In this document: one piece after another, positions 9,580 through 18,987 of the stretch
Layout: the number at the start of each line of letters is the position of its first letter
Numbering within the stretch: the stretch's first letter is position 1
Source: a virus
Virus record (IMG/VR): IMGVR_UViG_3300025121_000002
Span: 1 to 64,000 of that record
Length of the DNA stretch: 64,000 nt
Reading direction: 5' to 3' (one strand)
Notes under the pieces: generated by a model
Database searches by the model: none
Told to the model about the DNA's origin: nothing
Seen by the model: only the letters and a program-made list of their open reading frames with translations
Program-made: the position numbers and the translations under genes

Positions 9580-10107
9580 ATGAAAAAATCATGTAAAATT
9601 GCTATAACATGGGATTGTAATCTAGATTGTTCTTATTGTTGTAATAAGTTAGATGCTGTACAAAATAAGTTTCAAAATTCAACTTTAGATGAAATACTTG
9701 TTCAAAATTATGAAAATATATCAATTACTGGTGGAGAAATAGGTATATGTCCAGAAAAACTTAACAATTATCTTGAGATTTTAGGAAAAACAAAATCGAA
9801 ATTATGGTTATATACTAACGGTAGATTAATGCCACAAATGTTAATTAGACCTGAAAGAATTAATGGTATTAATATTAGCTGTCATAATAGTATATCACAC
9901 AGTTTGTTATGTGTGAATCAATGGGAAAAATATAAGGATATAAATATTAGATTACATATACAAGATGAAAAATATGATGACTATCTTATTAGTATGCAAA
10001 AATTAATAGAGTTATATATTCCTAAACAAAATATTAAATTGTGGACGTTAGATAAATGTTTTGACAATATTGAAGAAGATTGGTATTATATATCAGGAGT
10101 TAATTAA
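9580..10107 (+). CDS. small radical SAM protein (NrdG/QueE-sized)
   Basis: CNLDCSYCC (CxxxCxxC) near the N-terminus, ITGGEIG SAM-binding-like motif. 175 aa. Confidence 0.6.
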   Translation: MKKSCKIAITWDCNLDCSYCCNKLDAVQNKFQNSTLDEILVQNYENISITGGEIGICPEKLNNYLEILGKTKSKLWLYTNGRLMPQMLIRPERINGINISCHNSISHSLLCVNQWEKYKDINIRLHIQDEKYDDYLISMQKLIELYIPKQNIKLWTLDKCFDNIEEDWYYISGVN

Positions 10108-10230
10108 AAATGATTTTACTTATATGTTTACTAATAATATTTTATGTAATTTTATTTATTGGGATTATATCTTATAAAGGTAAGAACTATATTAAAAAAA
10201 CAATAAAATAATCGAACGGAGGTGAGATAT

Positions 10231-10584
10231 ATGACGTTAAAAGAGTGTATAGAAAAAGGATTTAAGAAATTTACTAGACCTAATTATAAAAAATATAATG
10301 TATATTGTTTCTTTGATTCAGATAATGCATTACAATACATGGATAGAGATTGGGTAGGATTTGATACTAATTATATAGTATTTAAAGATGATTTAATTGC
10401 TGATGATTGGGAAAAATATAAAGTAAAAGTTAAAAAAGAAAGATACATTTATTTACATAAATATGATATGATGAAAGAATTTAGAGTGGATTATAGACTA
10501 TTTCTATCAATAGAAGATGCTGAAGAAATTAGAACATCCATGGCTGGAAAAATATTAAAAATAGAATGGGAAGAGGAGGAATAA
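10231..10584 (+). CDS. hypothetical protein
   Basis: ATG 10231 six nt after GGAGGTGA. The track's 10222 start is a GTG inside the RBS. Confidence 0.55.
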   Translation: MTLKECIEKGFKKFTRPNYKKYNVYCFFDSDNALQYMDRDWVGFDTNYIVFKDDLIADDWEKYKVKVKKERYIYLHKYDMMKEFRVDYRLFLSIEDAEEIRTSMAGKILKIEWEEEE

Positions 10585-10877
10585 TGAGCTATACTGAACA
10601 TTTAGCAAGACAATTAGTTGAAGAAGCTATGAAAACAGAACAATCGTTAATCTTAGAACAGTTAACTGATTTAGTTTCTAGAAATTTGTTAGTTATAGAA
10701 TCAACACAGCCAGTTATAATTCAAGATTGTTGTAGTAATAAATTAACAATACAAAAGAAAATAAAGTTGACTTTAAAAGATAAAGAATATATACTAAAAC
10801 TAGAAGAAGAGAATAAAGAATTAAGATCTATAATTAAAAACTTAACTATAAGTTTAACTAATTATAAAGATATTTAA
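10584..10877 (+). CDS. hypothetical protein (coiled-coil C-terminus)
   Basis: ATG 10584 after GAGGAGGA, TAATG overlap with the upstream stop. Confidence 0.55.
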   Translation: MSYTEHLARQLVEEAMKTEQSLILEQLTDLVSRNLLVIESTQPVIIQDCCSNKLTIQKKIKLTLKDKEYILKLEEENKELRSIIKNLTISLTNYKDI

Positions 10878-10891
10878 CAAAAGGAATCAAA

Positions 10892-11170
10892 ATGAATAGT
10901 AAACTACTTACACATTTTTTAAACAAAACAGTATTTGTAACATTTCAACATGGTTCTAAAGTATTTGGTGAAGAAGATTTTGCTATAGAAGGCATCATTG
11001 TTGATATAGACAATGAGTTTATCTATATTAAATCAACAACAGTTAACGATAGAATTGCAGCATTTAAGATAAGTTTAATTGAGAGTATACAGGATGCTGA
11101 AGGAACTGAAGATATTGAAGAAGATTATGATAAATTTGAAAGTAATAATGGTGGTAATATACTGAATTGA
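10892..11170 (+). CDS. hypothetical protein
   Basis: AAGGA RBS, co-oriented. Beta-rich N-terminus and acidic tail. Confidence 0.5.
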   Translation: MNSKLLTHFLNKTVFVTFQHGSKVFGEEDFAIEGIIVDIDNEFIYIKSTTVNDRIAAFKISLIESIQDAEGTEDIEEDYDKFESNNGGNILN

Positions 11171-11202
11171 GGTGTTATTGCTGAAAGAATTGAGGTATAT
11201 GT

Positions 11203-11676
11203 ATGACAGAATATGAAAAAGATTTAGCTATGGTTAAACGAGATAGTTATGCTTTGGAATACGTTAAACATCAAACTTATGAATTATGTTTAGCTGTGGT
11301 TATAGAGAATGGTTATGCTTTGAAATATGTTGAACATCAAACTCCCGAATTATGTTTAGCTGCTGTTAATCAATATGGTTATGCTTTACAATTTGTTAAG
11401 CATCAAACAGAAGAAATATGTTTAGCTGCTGTTAAACAAAATGGTTATGCTTTGAAATATGTTAAACATCAGACAGAAGAAATATATTTAGCTGCTGTTA
11501 AAGAGAATGGTATGGCTTTACAATTTGTTAAACATCAAACAGAAGAAATATGTTTAGCTGCTGTTAAGGAAAATAGTTATGCTTTACGTTTGGTTAAACC
11601 AGAGATTAAAACAGAAGAATTCTTATTACGTTGTTTAGAAAATAATATAGCTTGTATAAAATATATAGAAGTATAA
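11203..11676 (+). CDS. DUF4116-like tandem-repeat protein, paralog 4 (about 6 repeats)
   Basis: Same 5' leader (gaggtatatgtATGACA.AATATGAAAAAGA), repeats and tail (..NIACIKYIEV). Confidence 0.85.
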   Translation: MTEYEKDLAMVKRDSYALEYVKHQTYELCLAVVIENGYALKYVEHQTPELCLAAVNQYGYALQFVKHQTEEICLAAVKQNGYALKYVKHQTEEIYLAAVKENGMALQFVKHQTEEICLAAVKENSYALRLVKPEIKTEEFLLRCLENNIACIKYIEV

Positions 11677-11677
11677 T

Positions 11678-12136
11678 ATGAAAAATAAGAGAAAACTTAG
11701 ACTTCTTCTTAAATGGTTAGGTCCACTTAAACCTAGAATAGTATTCAAACCACTCAAAGGTATTTCTGGTTATATAAATGATACTTCAACTGTTATATAT
11801 GTTAATAATAAAAAAGAAAGTTCTTCTTGGATTCTAACAACAATAATACATGAGTATATACATTTTCTAGCTAGTTTATATAACATAAAAGGGTATAAGT
11901 TTGAAGGTAATTATATAGAAATTGCAAATCTAAATGATATGTTTAAAGTTGTAGATTTGATTAAATCTGATTTATTAATTGAAACACATACAGAATTATT
12001 AACTTTACTAATTTACATAGAATTTTGTAGACAACATGATATTGTTTGTGATAATATTAATTTTAGTAATTATTTAGATGCTAATGAAGATGATTTAATA
12101 GAGGATACATTTAAAAGAATTTATAAGGAAAAATAA
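11678..12136 (+). CDS. putative Zn-metallopeptidase-like protein (HExxH)
   Basis: TTIIHEYIHFLA = HExxH after a basic N-terminus. Layout resembles ImmA/IrrE or SprT-like proteins. Confidence 0.4.
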   Translation: MKNKRKLRLLLKWLGPLKPRIVFKPLKGISGYINDTSTVIYVNNKKESSSWILTTIIHEYIHFLASLYNIKGYKFEGNYIEIANLNDMFKVVDLIKSDLLIETHTELLTLLIYIEFCRQHDIVCDNINFSNYLDANEDDLIEDTFKRIYKEK

Positions 12137-12408
12137 TGGAAAATGTAGTATATACTATTCTTATGTTAATAATTTTATGTTTATTTATGTTAGTGATTGT
12201 ACCACAGGAATATAGTCTTACATTTGTCTCACTTATTGTTATACAATTTATAATGATGATTTATATTATGATATTCTTTCCTGCACAAAATGATGACTTT
12301 TGTGTAATAAATGTTGATGGTAAAGAAAAATTAATGTTATATAAACATATAATAGAAGATAAAACAATACATGATAAAGATAATATTTTATATTTAAAGA
12401 TTAAATAA
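12136..12408 (+). CDS. hypothetical membrane protein (2 TM)
   Basis: Hydrophobic stretches ILMLIILCLFMLVIV and FVSLIVIQFIMMIYIMIFF. TAATG overlap. Confidence 0.5.
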   Translation: MENVVYTILMLIILCLFMLVIVPQEYSLTFVSLIVIQFIMMIYIMIFFPAQNDDFCVINVDGKEKLMLYKHIIEDKTIHDKDNILYLKIK

Positions 12409-12418
12409 GGAGATATCT

Positions 12419-12796
12419 ATGTCTAGAAAATTAATTAATTTTTCAGAATTAAAAAATGTTACTTTTAATGCTATTGATAACACAGATGATATTATAACAT
12501 TTTATTGTGATAATGGTGATAGATACGAAATGTATCATGAACAAGATTGTTGTGAAAAGGTATATATTGAAGATATAAATGGTAACTTAGATGATTTATT
12601 GAATTCTCCTATTCTTTTAGCTGAAGAAACAACTAACAATGAAAATCCAAAAAATACTTATGATGATTCGTTTACTTGGACTTTCTATAAATTAGCAACA
12701 ATAAAGGGTTATGTTGACATTCGTTGGTACGGTGAATCAAATGGATATTATTCAGAAAGTGTTGAAGTGTATAAAATTAGTAAGGAGAAGGAATAA
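12419..12796 (+). CDS. hypothetical protein
   Basis: AAGGAG RBS, co-oriented. Confidence 0.55.
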   Translation: MSRKLINFSELKNVTFNAIDNTDDIITFYCDNGDRYEMYHEQDCCEKVYIEDINGNLDDLLNSPILLAEETTNNENPKNTYDDSFTWTFYKLATIKGYVDIRWYGESNGYYSESVEVYKISKEKE

Positions 12797-12996
12797 TGAA
12801 AAATATTATTAAAAAAATTCGATTATTAATTTTTAAAATAAAAATATGGTATAAACAACCAAGGTATTGTGACTATCCTGAAGCTGCTACTCCTCTTTTT
12901 GGATGTTGGGGATTATTATACAATAAAGATTTTCCAAAATGTTGTAAAGATTGTGAATTAAATAAAGATTTAAAAAAGGATGAATATGAAAGCTAG
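12796..12996 (+). CDS. hypothetical Cys-rich protein
   Basis: TAATG overlap, GGAGAAGGA RBS. Confidence 0.45.
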   Translation: MKNIIKKIRLLIFKIKIWYKQPRYCDYPEAATPLFGCWGLLYNKDFPKCCKDCELNKDLKKDEYES

Positions 12997-13192
12997 AAAT
13001 GGTGAACATTTTGATTACTATACTTGTGAAGATATAGAAAAAGAATTAACAAAAGAAGAATTAAAGCAATTTTCTAAGTGGATTAATGGACAAACTTGTG
13101 GTATAGTAGATAATCAATGTGTGTATTATAGTGAAGATGTTGAGAGATTTATAAGAATGGTTAGAAAAGGAATACCAACATATTTTGATTAA
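12980..13192 (+). CDS. hypothetical protein
   Basis: AAGGA RBS, overlaps the upstream end. Confidence 0.45.
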   Translation: MNMKARNGEHFDYYTCEDIEKELTKEELKQFSKWINGQTCGIVDNQCVYYSEDVERFIRMVRKGIPTYFD

Positions 13193-13205
13193 GAAAGGAC
13201 AAAGA

Positions 13206-13469
13206 ATGAAAATAATACTAACTCCTATAGAAGAAGTAATATTAGAAAAATTATTAAAAGGTGAGATTGTTGGAAATTTAACATATACAATAAACGAGTC
13301 AATTATAGATAGATGTCTAAAAGAACATGGAAAATGTTTAGGTATAGGACATACTGATGTTGTAAAGTGGAAAGAGGTTACAGAAAGATGGGTTGCTTTA
13401 GAAGAAGGAAAACATGAAGAATTTACAATAAATGGTAAAAAAGTTATGTTTCATGCTGTAAGATGGTAG
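13206..13469 (+). CDS. hypothetical protein
   Basis: ATG 13206 after AAAGGA. The track start 13185 is a TTG. Confidence 0.5.
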   Translation: MKIILTPIEEVILEKLLKGEIVGNLTYTINESIIDRCLKEHGKCLGIGHTDVVKWKEVTERWVALEEGKHEEFTINGKKVMFHAVRW

Positions 13470-13501
13470 GATATAAATTATTTTAACAAAGAGATAAACT
13501 T

Positions 13502-13768
13502 ATGGAAACATTAGGAATGGTATTATTTGGTATTGTCTTAATATGGTTAATTAGTATAGAATTTAGAATGGGTAATAATGAATTATTTGACAAATGGTTA
13601 AACAGTTCTATGTTTGAAGATCGATATGTATCTAAGTCTAATTTATTAGATTATATTTTAAGAAAAAATATAGTTGACTATCAAAAAGATTCGTGTAAAG
13701 ATAGTATAAAAGATTATAGCGAAAGAATACAAAATCTAGAGGAAACTATTAAAAAATTGGAAGAATAA
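13502..13768 (+). CDS. hypothetical protein with N-terminal TM
   Basis: LGMVLFGIVLIWLISI hydrophobic segment. Confidence 0.5.
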   Translation: METLGMVLFGIVLIWLISIEFRMGNNELFDKWLNSSMFEDRYVSKSNLLDYILRKNIVDYQKDSCKDSIKDYSERIQNLEETIKKLEE

Positions 13769-13783
13769 TCAATAAGGATTTAT

Positions 13784-14227
13784 ATGCAAATATTTGCTAC
13801 ATATAACTGTCCTATTAAATCTGCAAAATATCTAGATAACAAACGCGTTATTAAACAAGTTTTAGAATCAGCTCAATTACTTTCAAATGCAATACATTTA
13901 AATAATGGTGTTGGACCTTACAAATTAACCCACAGACACCATCCATTAACTATATCAGTAAAATCATCTAGAAGTAACTATAAATGGTTACTAGAGCATT
14001 TCTATGCTTTATGTAAGGAGTATACTAGAAGGTTTAACAAAGTACATAAATGTCGCTATTTGAGTACTTATTTTGAGACTAACGTAAACCTAATACCAGA
14101 CAATGAATTATATTTTGTTAACTGTACAGATTTTAAGGATATACAAGATGTACATTTAGCATACCGAATTTGCTTGAGAAAAAAATGGAAGAATGATATA
14201 ATAAAACCTAGATGGAGGAAAAAATGA
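13784..14227 (+). CDS. hypothetical protein, possibly pyrimidine-dimer DNA glycosylase-like
   Basis: Pattern KYLDNKRVIKQVLESAQLL...HHP...NYKWLLEHFYALCKEYTRRF resembles bacterial/phage Pyr_excise-like proteins. Weak, from memory. Confidence 0.35.
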   Translation: MQIFATYNCPIKSAKYLDNKRVIKQVLESAQLLSNAIHLNNGVGPYKLTHRHHPLTISVKSSRSNYKWLLEHFYALCKEYTRRFNKVHKCRYLSTYFETNVNLIPDNELYFVNCTDFKDIQDVHLAYRICLRKKWKNDIIKPRWRKK

Positions 14228-14583
14228 GTTCAGGACTAAGTTGGGCATATGAACAGATAAAAGAAGAGGAAAGAAGTAATAAATTAACAGAAAAACAAAG
14301 ACAAAAAGAAGCCGATGAAGAAAAAAAGAAGTGGTTAAGAACACAGGAAGTATTTGACCTTCAAAATGAACATAAAAATAGTGATGAATATAGAGAATCT
14401 TTAAAACTTATTGAAGAGAAAAATTTAATTTTAACTATATTACAAGAAGATTATAATTTAAAAGTAAAAGAAATAAATAACAAATATTGGAAAAATATTG
14501 AAAATTTACAAAACATAGCTAAAAATAAAAACAAAGAAGAGTATGAGAGAAAATTAGAGTTAATAAATAAAAAATATAAATAA
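14224..14583 (+). CDS. hypothetical K/E-rich protein
   Basis: ATG 14224 after GGAGGA (ATGA overlap). The string TAGATGGAGGAAAAAATGA recurs at 14588-14606. Confidence 0.5.
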   Translation: MSSGLSWAYEQIKEEERSNKLTEKQRQKEADEEKKKWLRTQEVFDLQNEHKNSDEYRESLKLIEEKNLILTILQEDYNLKVKEINNKYWKNIENLQNIAKNKNKEEYERKLELINKKYK

Positions 14584-14602
14584 TCCATAGATGGAGGAAA
14601 AA

Positions 14603-14839
14603 ATGAAAAATTATAAAAAAGGAACAAAATTAAAGTTTGATAAAACAGGCTTAGAATTAAATGGTGGATATAATGCTAATTCTACATGTGAATTTATTTT
14701 TATAAAAAGTAGAATAGGAAGAATATATAATGTGGATTTTATGGATAAATATGGAAATGTTATACATTCAGATACAGAAGAAGATATTAAAGATTTAGAA
14801 TTTGTAACAACTCCTATACAATACTTTCCTTGGGGGTAA
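14603..14839 (+). CDS. hypothetical protein
   Basis: ATG 14603 after GGAGGA. Confidence 0.5.
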   Translation: MKNYKKGTKLKFDKTGLELNGGYNANSTCEFIFIKSRIGRIYNVDFMDKYGNVIHSDTEEDIKDLEFVTTPIQYFPWG

Positions 14840-14841
14840 AT

Positions 14842-15021
14842 ATGATTGTTTCTTGTTGGATTTTATATTTTAATTTAATGTCATTATTACCTTTTAATGA
14901 TTATACTATGTTAACAAAAATGTATATTATGAATAAAGATGAAAAAATAATTGTTACTGAAATATTATTTCTATATCAATCTAATTATGTAATAGAAAGT
15001 AAAGATATGTTTTGTTATTGA
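14842..15021 (+). CDS. hypothetical small hydrophobic protein
   Basis: ATG 14842 after GGGGG. 59 aa. Confidence 0.4.
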   Translation: MIVSCWILYFNLMSLLPFNDYTMLTKMYIMNKDEKIIVTEILFLYQSNYVIESKDMFCY

Positions 15022-15052
15022 TAAGTACATTAAATTATAATTAGGGGTATTT

Positions 15053-15280
15053 ATGGGTAAAGATGGATGTGGAGGAGCTGTAGGAACTGAAGTTAGATAT
15101 CAGAAAATAGATATTGTATATATAGTTTTATATGATGGATATCTTGTTGAAGTATTTAGCACAAAAGAATTAGCTAATCAATTTATAAATTATTTAGTAA
15201 ATGAAGATTATGAATATAAATCTTATCATAAAGATGGTTTTGATATAGTGGAAAAATATATAAGGGAGGATTTACCATGA
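15053..15280 (+). CDS. hypothetical protein
   Basis: AGGGG RBS, co-oriented. Confidence 0.5.
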   Translation: MGKDGCGGAVGTEVRYQKIDIVYIVLYDGYLVEVFSTKELANQFINYLVNEDYEYKSYHKDGFDIVEKYIREDLP

Positions 15281-15549
15281 AAGTAACTCTTAAAGATAGA
15301 TTTGGATTCACTAAAATTTATAAAGATAAATATATCAAACATGTTATTAAAAAAGGAAATTTATTAACATATGAGATAAGATATCCTTATATTGATAAAG
15401 ATTCTATATTGGAATCAAATGAAGTATTTATTAGACCATATTCCATTTTAGAATCAAATGAAAATTATAAGGTCTTAATTTTTGTTTGGGATAGAATAAG
15501 TAATTTAGAAGATAAAAAGATAACTTTTATAGAAAAGGATTTACTATGA
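15277..15549 (+). CDS. hypothetical protein
   Basis: ATGA overlap, GGGAGGA RBS. Confidence 0.5.
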   Translation: MKVTLKDRFGFTKIYKDKYIKHVIKKGNLLTYEIRYPYIDKDSILESNEVFIRPYSILESNENYKVLIFVWDRISNLEDKKITFIEKDLL

Positions 15550-15722
15550 AATATTTTGTGGCATACAACGCTAGTCCTGGTAATCTTTTAGCAAATTACG
15601 AAGGACATCTATCTGTAGAATTTAGTTCTTTTGAAGAAGCATATGAGTTTGCTATAAAAACTAAAGGAATTATTTATAAAGGAATTGCTATTGTAGATAA
15701 ATCTATAGAAATAAAGGAATAA
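15546..15722 (+). CDS. hypothetical protein (58 aa, below the ORF-track cutoff)
   Basis: ATGA overlap with 15277..15549. Translated by hand as MKYFVAYNASPGNLLANYEGHLSVEFSSFEEAYEFAIKTKG... Confidence 0.45.
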   Translation: MKYFVAYNASPGNLLANYEGHLSVEFSSFEEAYEFAIKTKGIIYKGIAIVDKSIEIKE

Positions 15723-15983
15723 CATGAAAACAACAAAAGAAATTAAAAATTTAGAATTAAAAAAGGAAAAATTAAATGGGTATAATATATTTTATAATGG
15801 TTTTATTTTAAAATATAAAATTGGTTATAAACAAAACTTGGTTTAATATGGTGAAGTAATGATGTGTTATATTATACTTTTAGTAGTGGGTGTGTTTTTT
15901 ATTAAAGTAATACACTATTACTTTTTTCATTATGAATATAAGATAGATAAAGTTAGAAAATATATAAAGAAAAGGAGTAGTTA

Positions 15984-16232
15984 ATGAAAAATATTGTTAA
16001 AAAAATTATATTAAAATCTTATATAAAATTTGCATATCATAATTTACATTGGTTATCTGGTAGTGATTCTTATATTAAAGTTTACATATATAAGTTTTTA
16101 TTTAACTGTTTTAAAATTAAAAAACATATAGATTTTGAAAGATGGTGTGTTTGGTTTAATCCTAAAAAGATAAATAGATATTATAAAAAAACTATGAATA
16201 TTAATTTAAAACTTACTAGTGACTTTATATAA
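15984..16232 (+). CDS. hypothetical basic protein
   Basis: AAGGAG RBS. Confidence 0.45.
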   Translation: MKNIVKKIILKSYIKFAYHNLHWLSGSDSYIKVYIYKFLFNCFKIKKHIDFERWCVWFNPKKINRYYKKTMNINLKLTSDFI

Positions 16233-16241
16233 AAGGAATGC

Positions 16242-16270
16242 TTGATAATAATCCAAATTTAACATATAAT
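16242..16270 (+). promoter_or_regulatory. near-consensus sigma70 promoter (TTGATA-N17-TATAAT)
   Basis: Hexamers at 16242-16247 and 16265-16270 with an exact 17-nt spacer, 35 nt upstream of the polymerase ATG. Confidence 0.65.
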
Positions 16271-16304
16271 GAAGCATATATAATAATCTTTAACAAAGGT
16301 TTAT

Positions 16305-18077
16305 ATGTTATACAAAATACTTAAAAGTGAATACCAAGACTTCCTAGACTATCTTAAAGACACTTCAATCAAATCATTTACAGAAAATTCAATACTTACG
16401 TTAGATAATAACGAATACATATTTGAAGACATATCACAGTTTAATGAATTAAAGAATCCTAAAAAGAAAGATAACTCACAATTAAATGATACAACTATGT
16501 ATAACAAGTGTCAATTAAATGACACAACTGATATAACTACGTCGATTGATAAAGATTTAATCTATGGTAAAGATCCAACTGAACGTATTGTTAATATATC
16601 TATCGATGATAATTTGGTATATATCTATAGAGAATTAGAAGATGGTACAATAGATACTCAGGTTAAACAAGCTAACTACTGGATTATTGGTGCATCTAAG
16701 CCTGCTGGTAAGTATATTACTTTAGAAGGAAGTCAACCATATAAATACTTAAAAGAATATTCAGACTATGAAGATTATAAAGTAGCTAGAATTAACTGTT
16801 ATAAGAAGAAGTCTGATGTATATTCTATATCTAATTTAGTTGAAAGTTACATGGTTAGAAATGGTTATACATATTTTAAGGGAATGAAGATTAGTGAAGT
16901 TTCTGTACTTTCGTTTGATATTGAAACTACAGGATTAGATCCAAAGCTTGATGATGCTAGAGTGTTACTGATTTCCAATACTTATAGGAATAACAAAGGT
17001 GTGATAACTAGGAAGTTGTTTAGTTTAGATGACTATGAGAATGATGCTGAGATGATCGAGGATTGGTGTTCTTGGGTGAGGAAAATGAATGCTAGTATAT
17101 TACTAGGTCACAATATTTTTTCTTTTGACCTACCTTATTTAAACCATCGTGGAGGAGGGTTAGAACTAGGAAGAGATGATAGTTACTTAACTTTCGAAGA
17201 AAGACCATCGAATCTAAGAGTTGATGGTAGTCAACAGTATACTTATTTTAAGGTACATATACAAGGAAGGGAATTGCTGGATACTTGGTTTTTATCGATA
17301 AAGTATGATATACAACGAAAGTATCCTAATTATAAACTAAAAGATATTATAGAATTTGAAGGATTAACACAAAAAGACAGACAGTTTTATGATGCTAGTA
17401 AAATAAAAGATAATTGGCATCTTCCAGAAGAAAGAGTTAAGATTAAGGCGTACTGTATAAGTGATAGTGACGATAGTTTAAAATTGTTCGATTTAATGGG
17501 ACCATCTTTTTTTTACTTTACAATTCACTGTCCTAAACCTTTTCAATTAATGTTGGAAAGCGCCTCTGGATCACAAATCAATAGTATGATGGTTAGAAGT
17601 TATTTACAAATTAATAAATCATTACCAAAAACCACAGAACTATCCCCAGTACAAGGTGCCATAAGTTTCGGACTGCCTAAATTTAGATGCAACGTGTTAA
17701 AATTAGATTTTTCTGGGCTTTACCCCTCAATAATACGAACTTGGCAATTATATGATCCAATAAAAGATCCAAATAGAAATTTCCTAAAGTTAACCGATTA
17801 TTTTGCTGAAGAAAGATTAAAACATAAGAAAATAGCAAAAGATACTGATGATAAATACTATAAAGATTTGGAACAAATGGAAAAACAGACAGCAAATTCA
17901 ATGTATGGTATGTTGAATTGTCAAGGATTATTATTCAATAATAGTTTAATCGCTGGTGAAATAACAAGAAATGCTAGAGAATTATTAAATAAAATAACAC
18001 TATTTTTTACATCAATTGATATAAATAAATGGAAGGAAAAATTAGATACTGAATCCGAAGAAGTTGAAAATGAGTAG
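16305..18077 (+). CDS. family B DNA polymerase, N-terminal fragment (3'-5' exonuclease plus palm motifs A and B)
   Basis: ExoI FDIETTGL, ExoII LLGHNIFSFDLPYL, ExoIII YCISDSDDS, motif A DFSGLYPSII, motif B K.TANSMYG. ORF ends at TAG 18075-18077, before motif C. Confidence 0.85.
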   Translation: MLYKILKSEYQDFLDYLKDTSIKSFTENSILTLDNNEYIFEDISQFNELKNPKKKDNSQLNDTTMYNKCQLNDTTDITTSIDKDLIYGKDPTERIVNISIDDNLVYIYRELEDGTIDTQVKQANYWIIGASKPAGKYITLEGSQPYKYLKEYSDYEDYKVARINCYKKKSDVYSISNLVESYMVRNGYTYFKGMKISEVSVLSFDIETTGLDPKLDDARVLLISNTYRNNKGVITRKLFSLDDYENDAEMIEDWCSWVRKMNASILLGHNIFSFDLPYLNHRGGGLELGRDDSYLTFEERPSNLRVDGSQQYTYFKVHIQGRELLDTWFLSIKYDIQRKYPNYKLKDIIEFEGLTQKDRQFYDASKIKDNWHLPEERVKIKAYCISDSDDSLKLFDLMGPSFFYFTIHCPKPFQLMLESASGSQINSMMVRSYLQINKSLPKTTELSPVQGAISFGLPKFRCNVLKLDFSGLYPSIIRTWQLYDPIKDPNRNFLKLTDYFAEERLKHKKIAKDTDDKYYKDLEQMEKQTANSMYGMLNCQGLLFNNSLIAGEITRNARELLNKITLFFTSIDINKWKEKLDTESEEVENE

Positions 18078-18109
18078 GTATTAATAATCAAATATATGGT
18101 GGTATCATT

Positions 18110-18823
18110 ATGATAAAAAAATATAATTTTGAATTAGTTAACTGTGATACTGATAGTATCAGTATTTGTAATTACGATCAAAGTAAAATAACAAAAGAAA
18201 CCCAAATATTAATGTTAGAAGAAATTAATAAACTATTACCAGGAAAAGTTATATTAGATCACGATGGTTATTTTCCTAAATTCCTAGTTATTAGATCAAA
18301 AAACTATGTGATGGTTAAAGAAGATGGTAAAATAAAATACAAAGGCAGCTCAATTTTAGACAAAAAAAGAGAGCTAAGTACCCGAAATCTCATGAATGAA
18401 ATCATTTCTTCCATCTTAGAAAACGATATTAACTACGACTTAATCAATGCTATCTATGAAAAATACATAATAGAAGCCAACAACGTTACTGACATCAATC
18501 AATGGGCTGTTAAACGTACATACACCAAAGCAATCATGACTAGTGAAAGAACTAATGAATCTAAGGTGCGTGATGCTCTTAAAGATGAAACAATGTCTGA
18601 GGGTGACAGGTTCTATATTTATACAAGTAAAGGTAATACTGTGAAACTAACAAAACATTGGGTTAAAGGTGACGAAGATTGCGAAAAGCTAACAAAACGC
18701 GTGTTTGATACGTTAAACATTTTTAAAGAAATACTTGACATGTCTAAATTTACGAAGTATCATTTAAAGACTAAACGAAAAGAATTGGAGAAATTACTAA
18801 ATGAAAATGCAACAATTTTATAA
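18110..18823 (+). CDS. family B DNA polymerase, C-terminal fragment (motif C plus thumb)
   Basis: Own GGTGG RBS and ATG, in a different frame from the N-terminal fragment. Motif C VNCDTDSI near the N-terminus. Confidence 0.8.
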   Translation: MIKKYNFELVNCDTDSISICNYDQSKITKETQILMLEEINKLLPGKVILDHDGYFPKFLVIRSKNYVMVKEDGKIKYKGSSILDKKRELSTRNLMNEIISSILENDINYDLINAIYEKYIIEANNVTDINQWAVKRTYTKAIMTSERTNESKVRDALKDETMSEGDRFYIYTSKGNTVKLTKHWVKGDEDCEKLTKRVFDTLNIFKEILDMSKFTKYHLKTKRKELEKLLNENATIL

Positions 18824-18977
18824 TATTATAGTAACAATATGCCTTATAATAGCAATATATACTATTTTAAATCTTAACAAAAGTTATATAGAATTAGCAC
18901 AAAAATATAATAATCTTTATATGTGCACATTTAATATTACGGAAATTGAACCTAAAGAATGGTGTGAAAATATTTAA
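18801..18977 (+). CDS. hypothetical small membrane protein (58 aa)
   Basis: Hand-translated MKMQQFYNIIVTICLIIAIYTILNL... Overlaps the polymerase 3' end by 23 nt. Confidence 0.35.
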   Translation: MKMQQFYNIIVTICLIIAIYTILNLNKSYIELAQKYNNLYMCTFNITEIEPKEWCENI

Positions 18978-18987
18978 TGGGGGTTAA

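Noticed and set aside
18078-18109. Intron, intein, read-through or frameshift joining the two DNA polymerase ORFs.
   Set aside because: A 32-nt gap is too short for an intron or intein. Read-through of the TAG meets a TGA after 12 codons. I see no slippery sequence. The second ORF has its own RBS and ATG.
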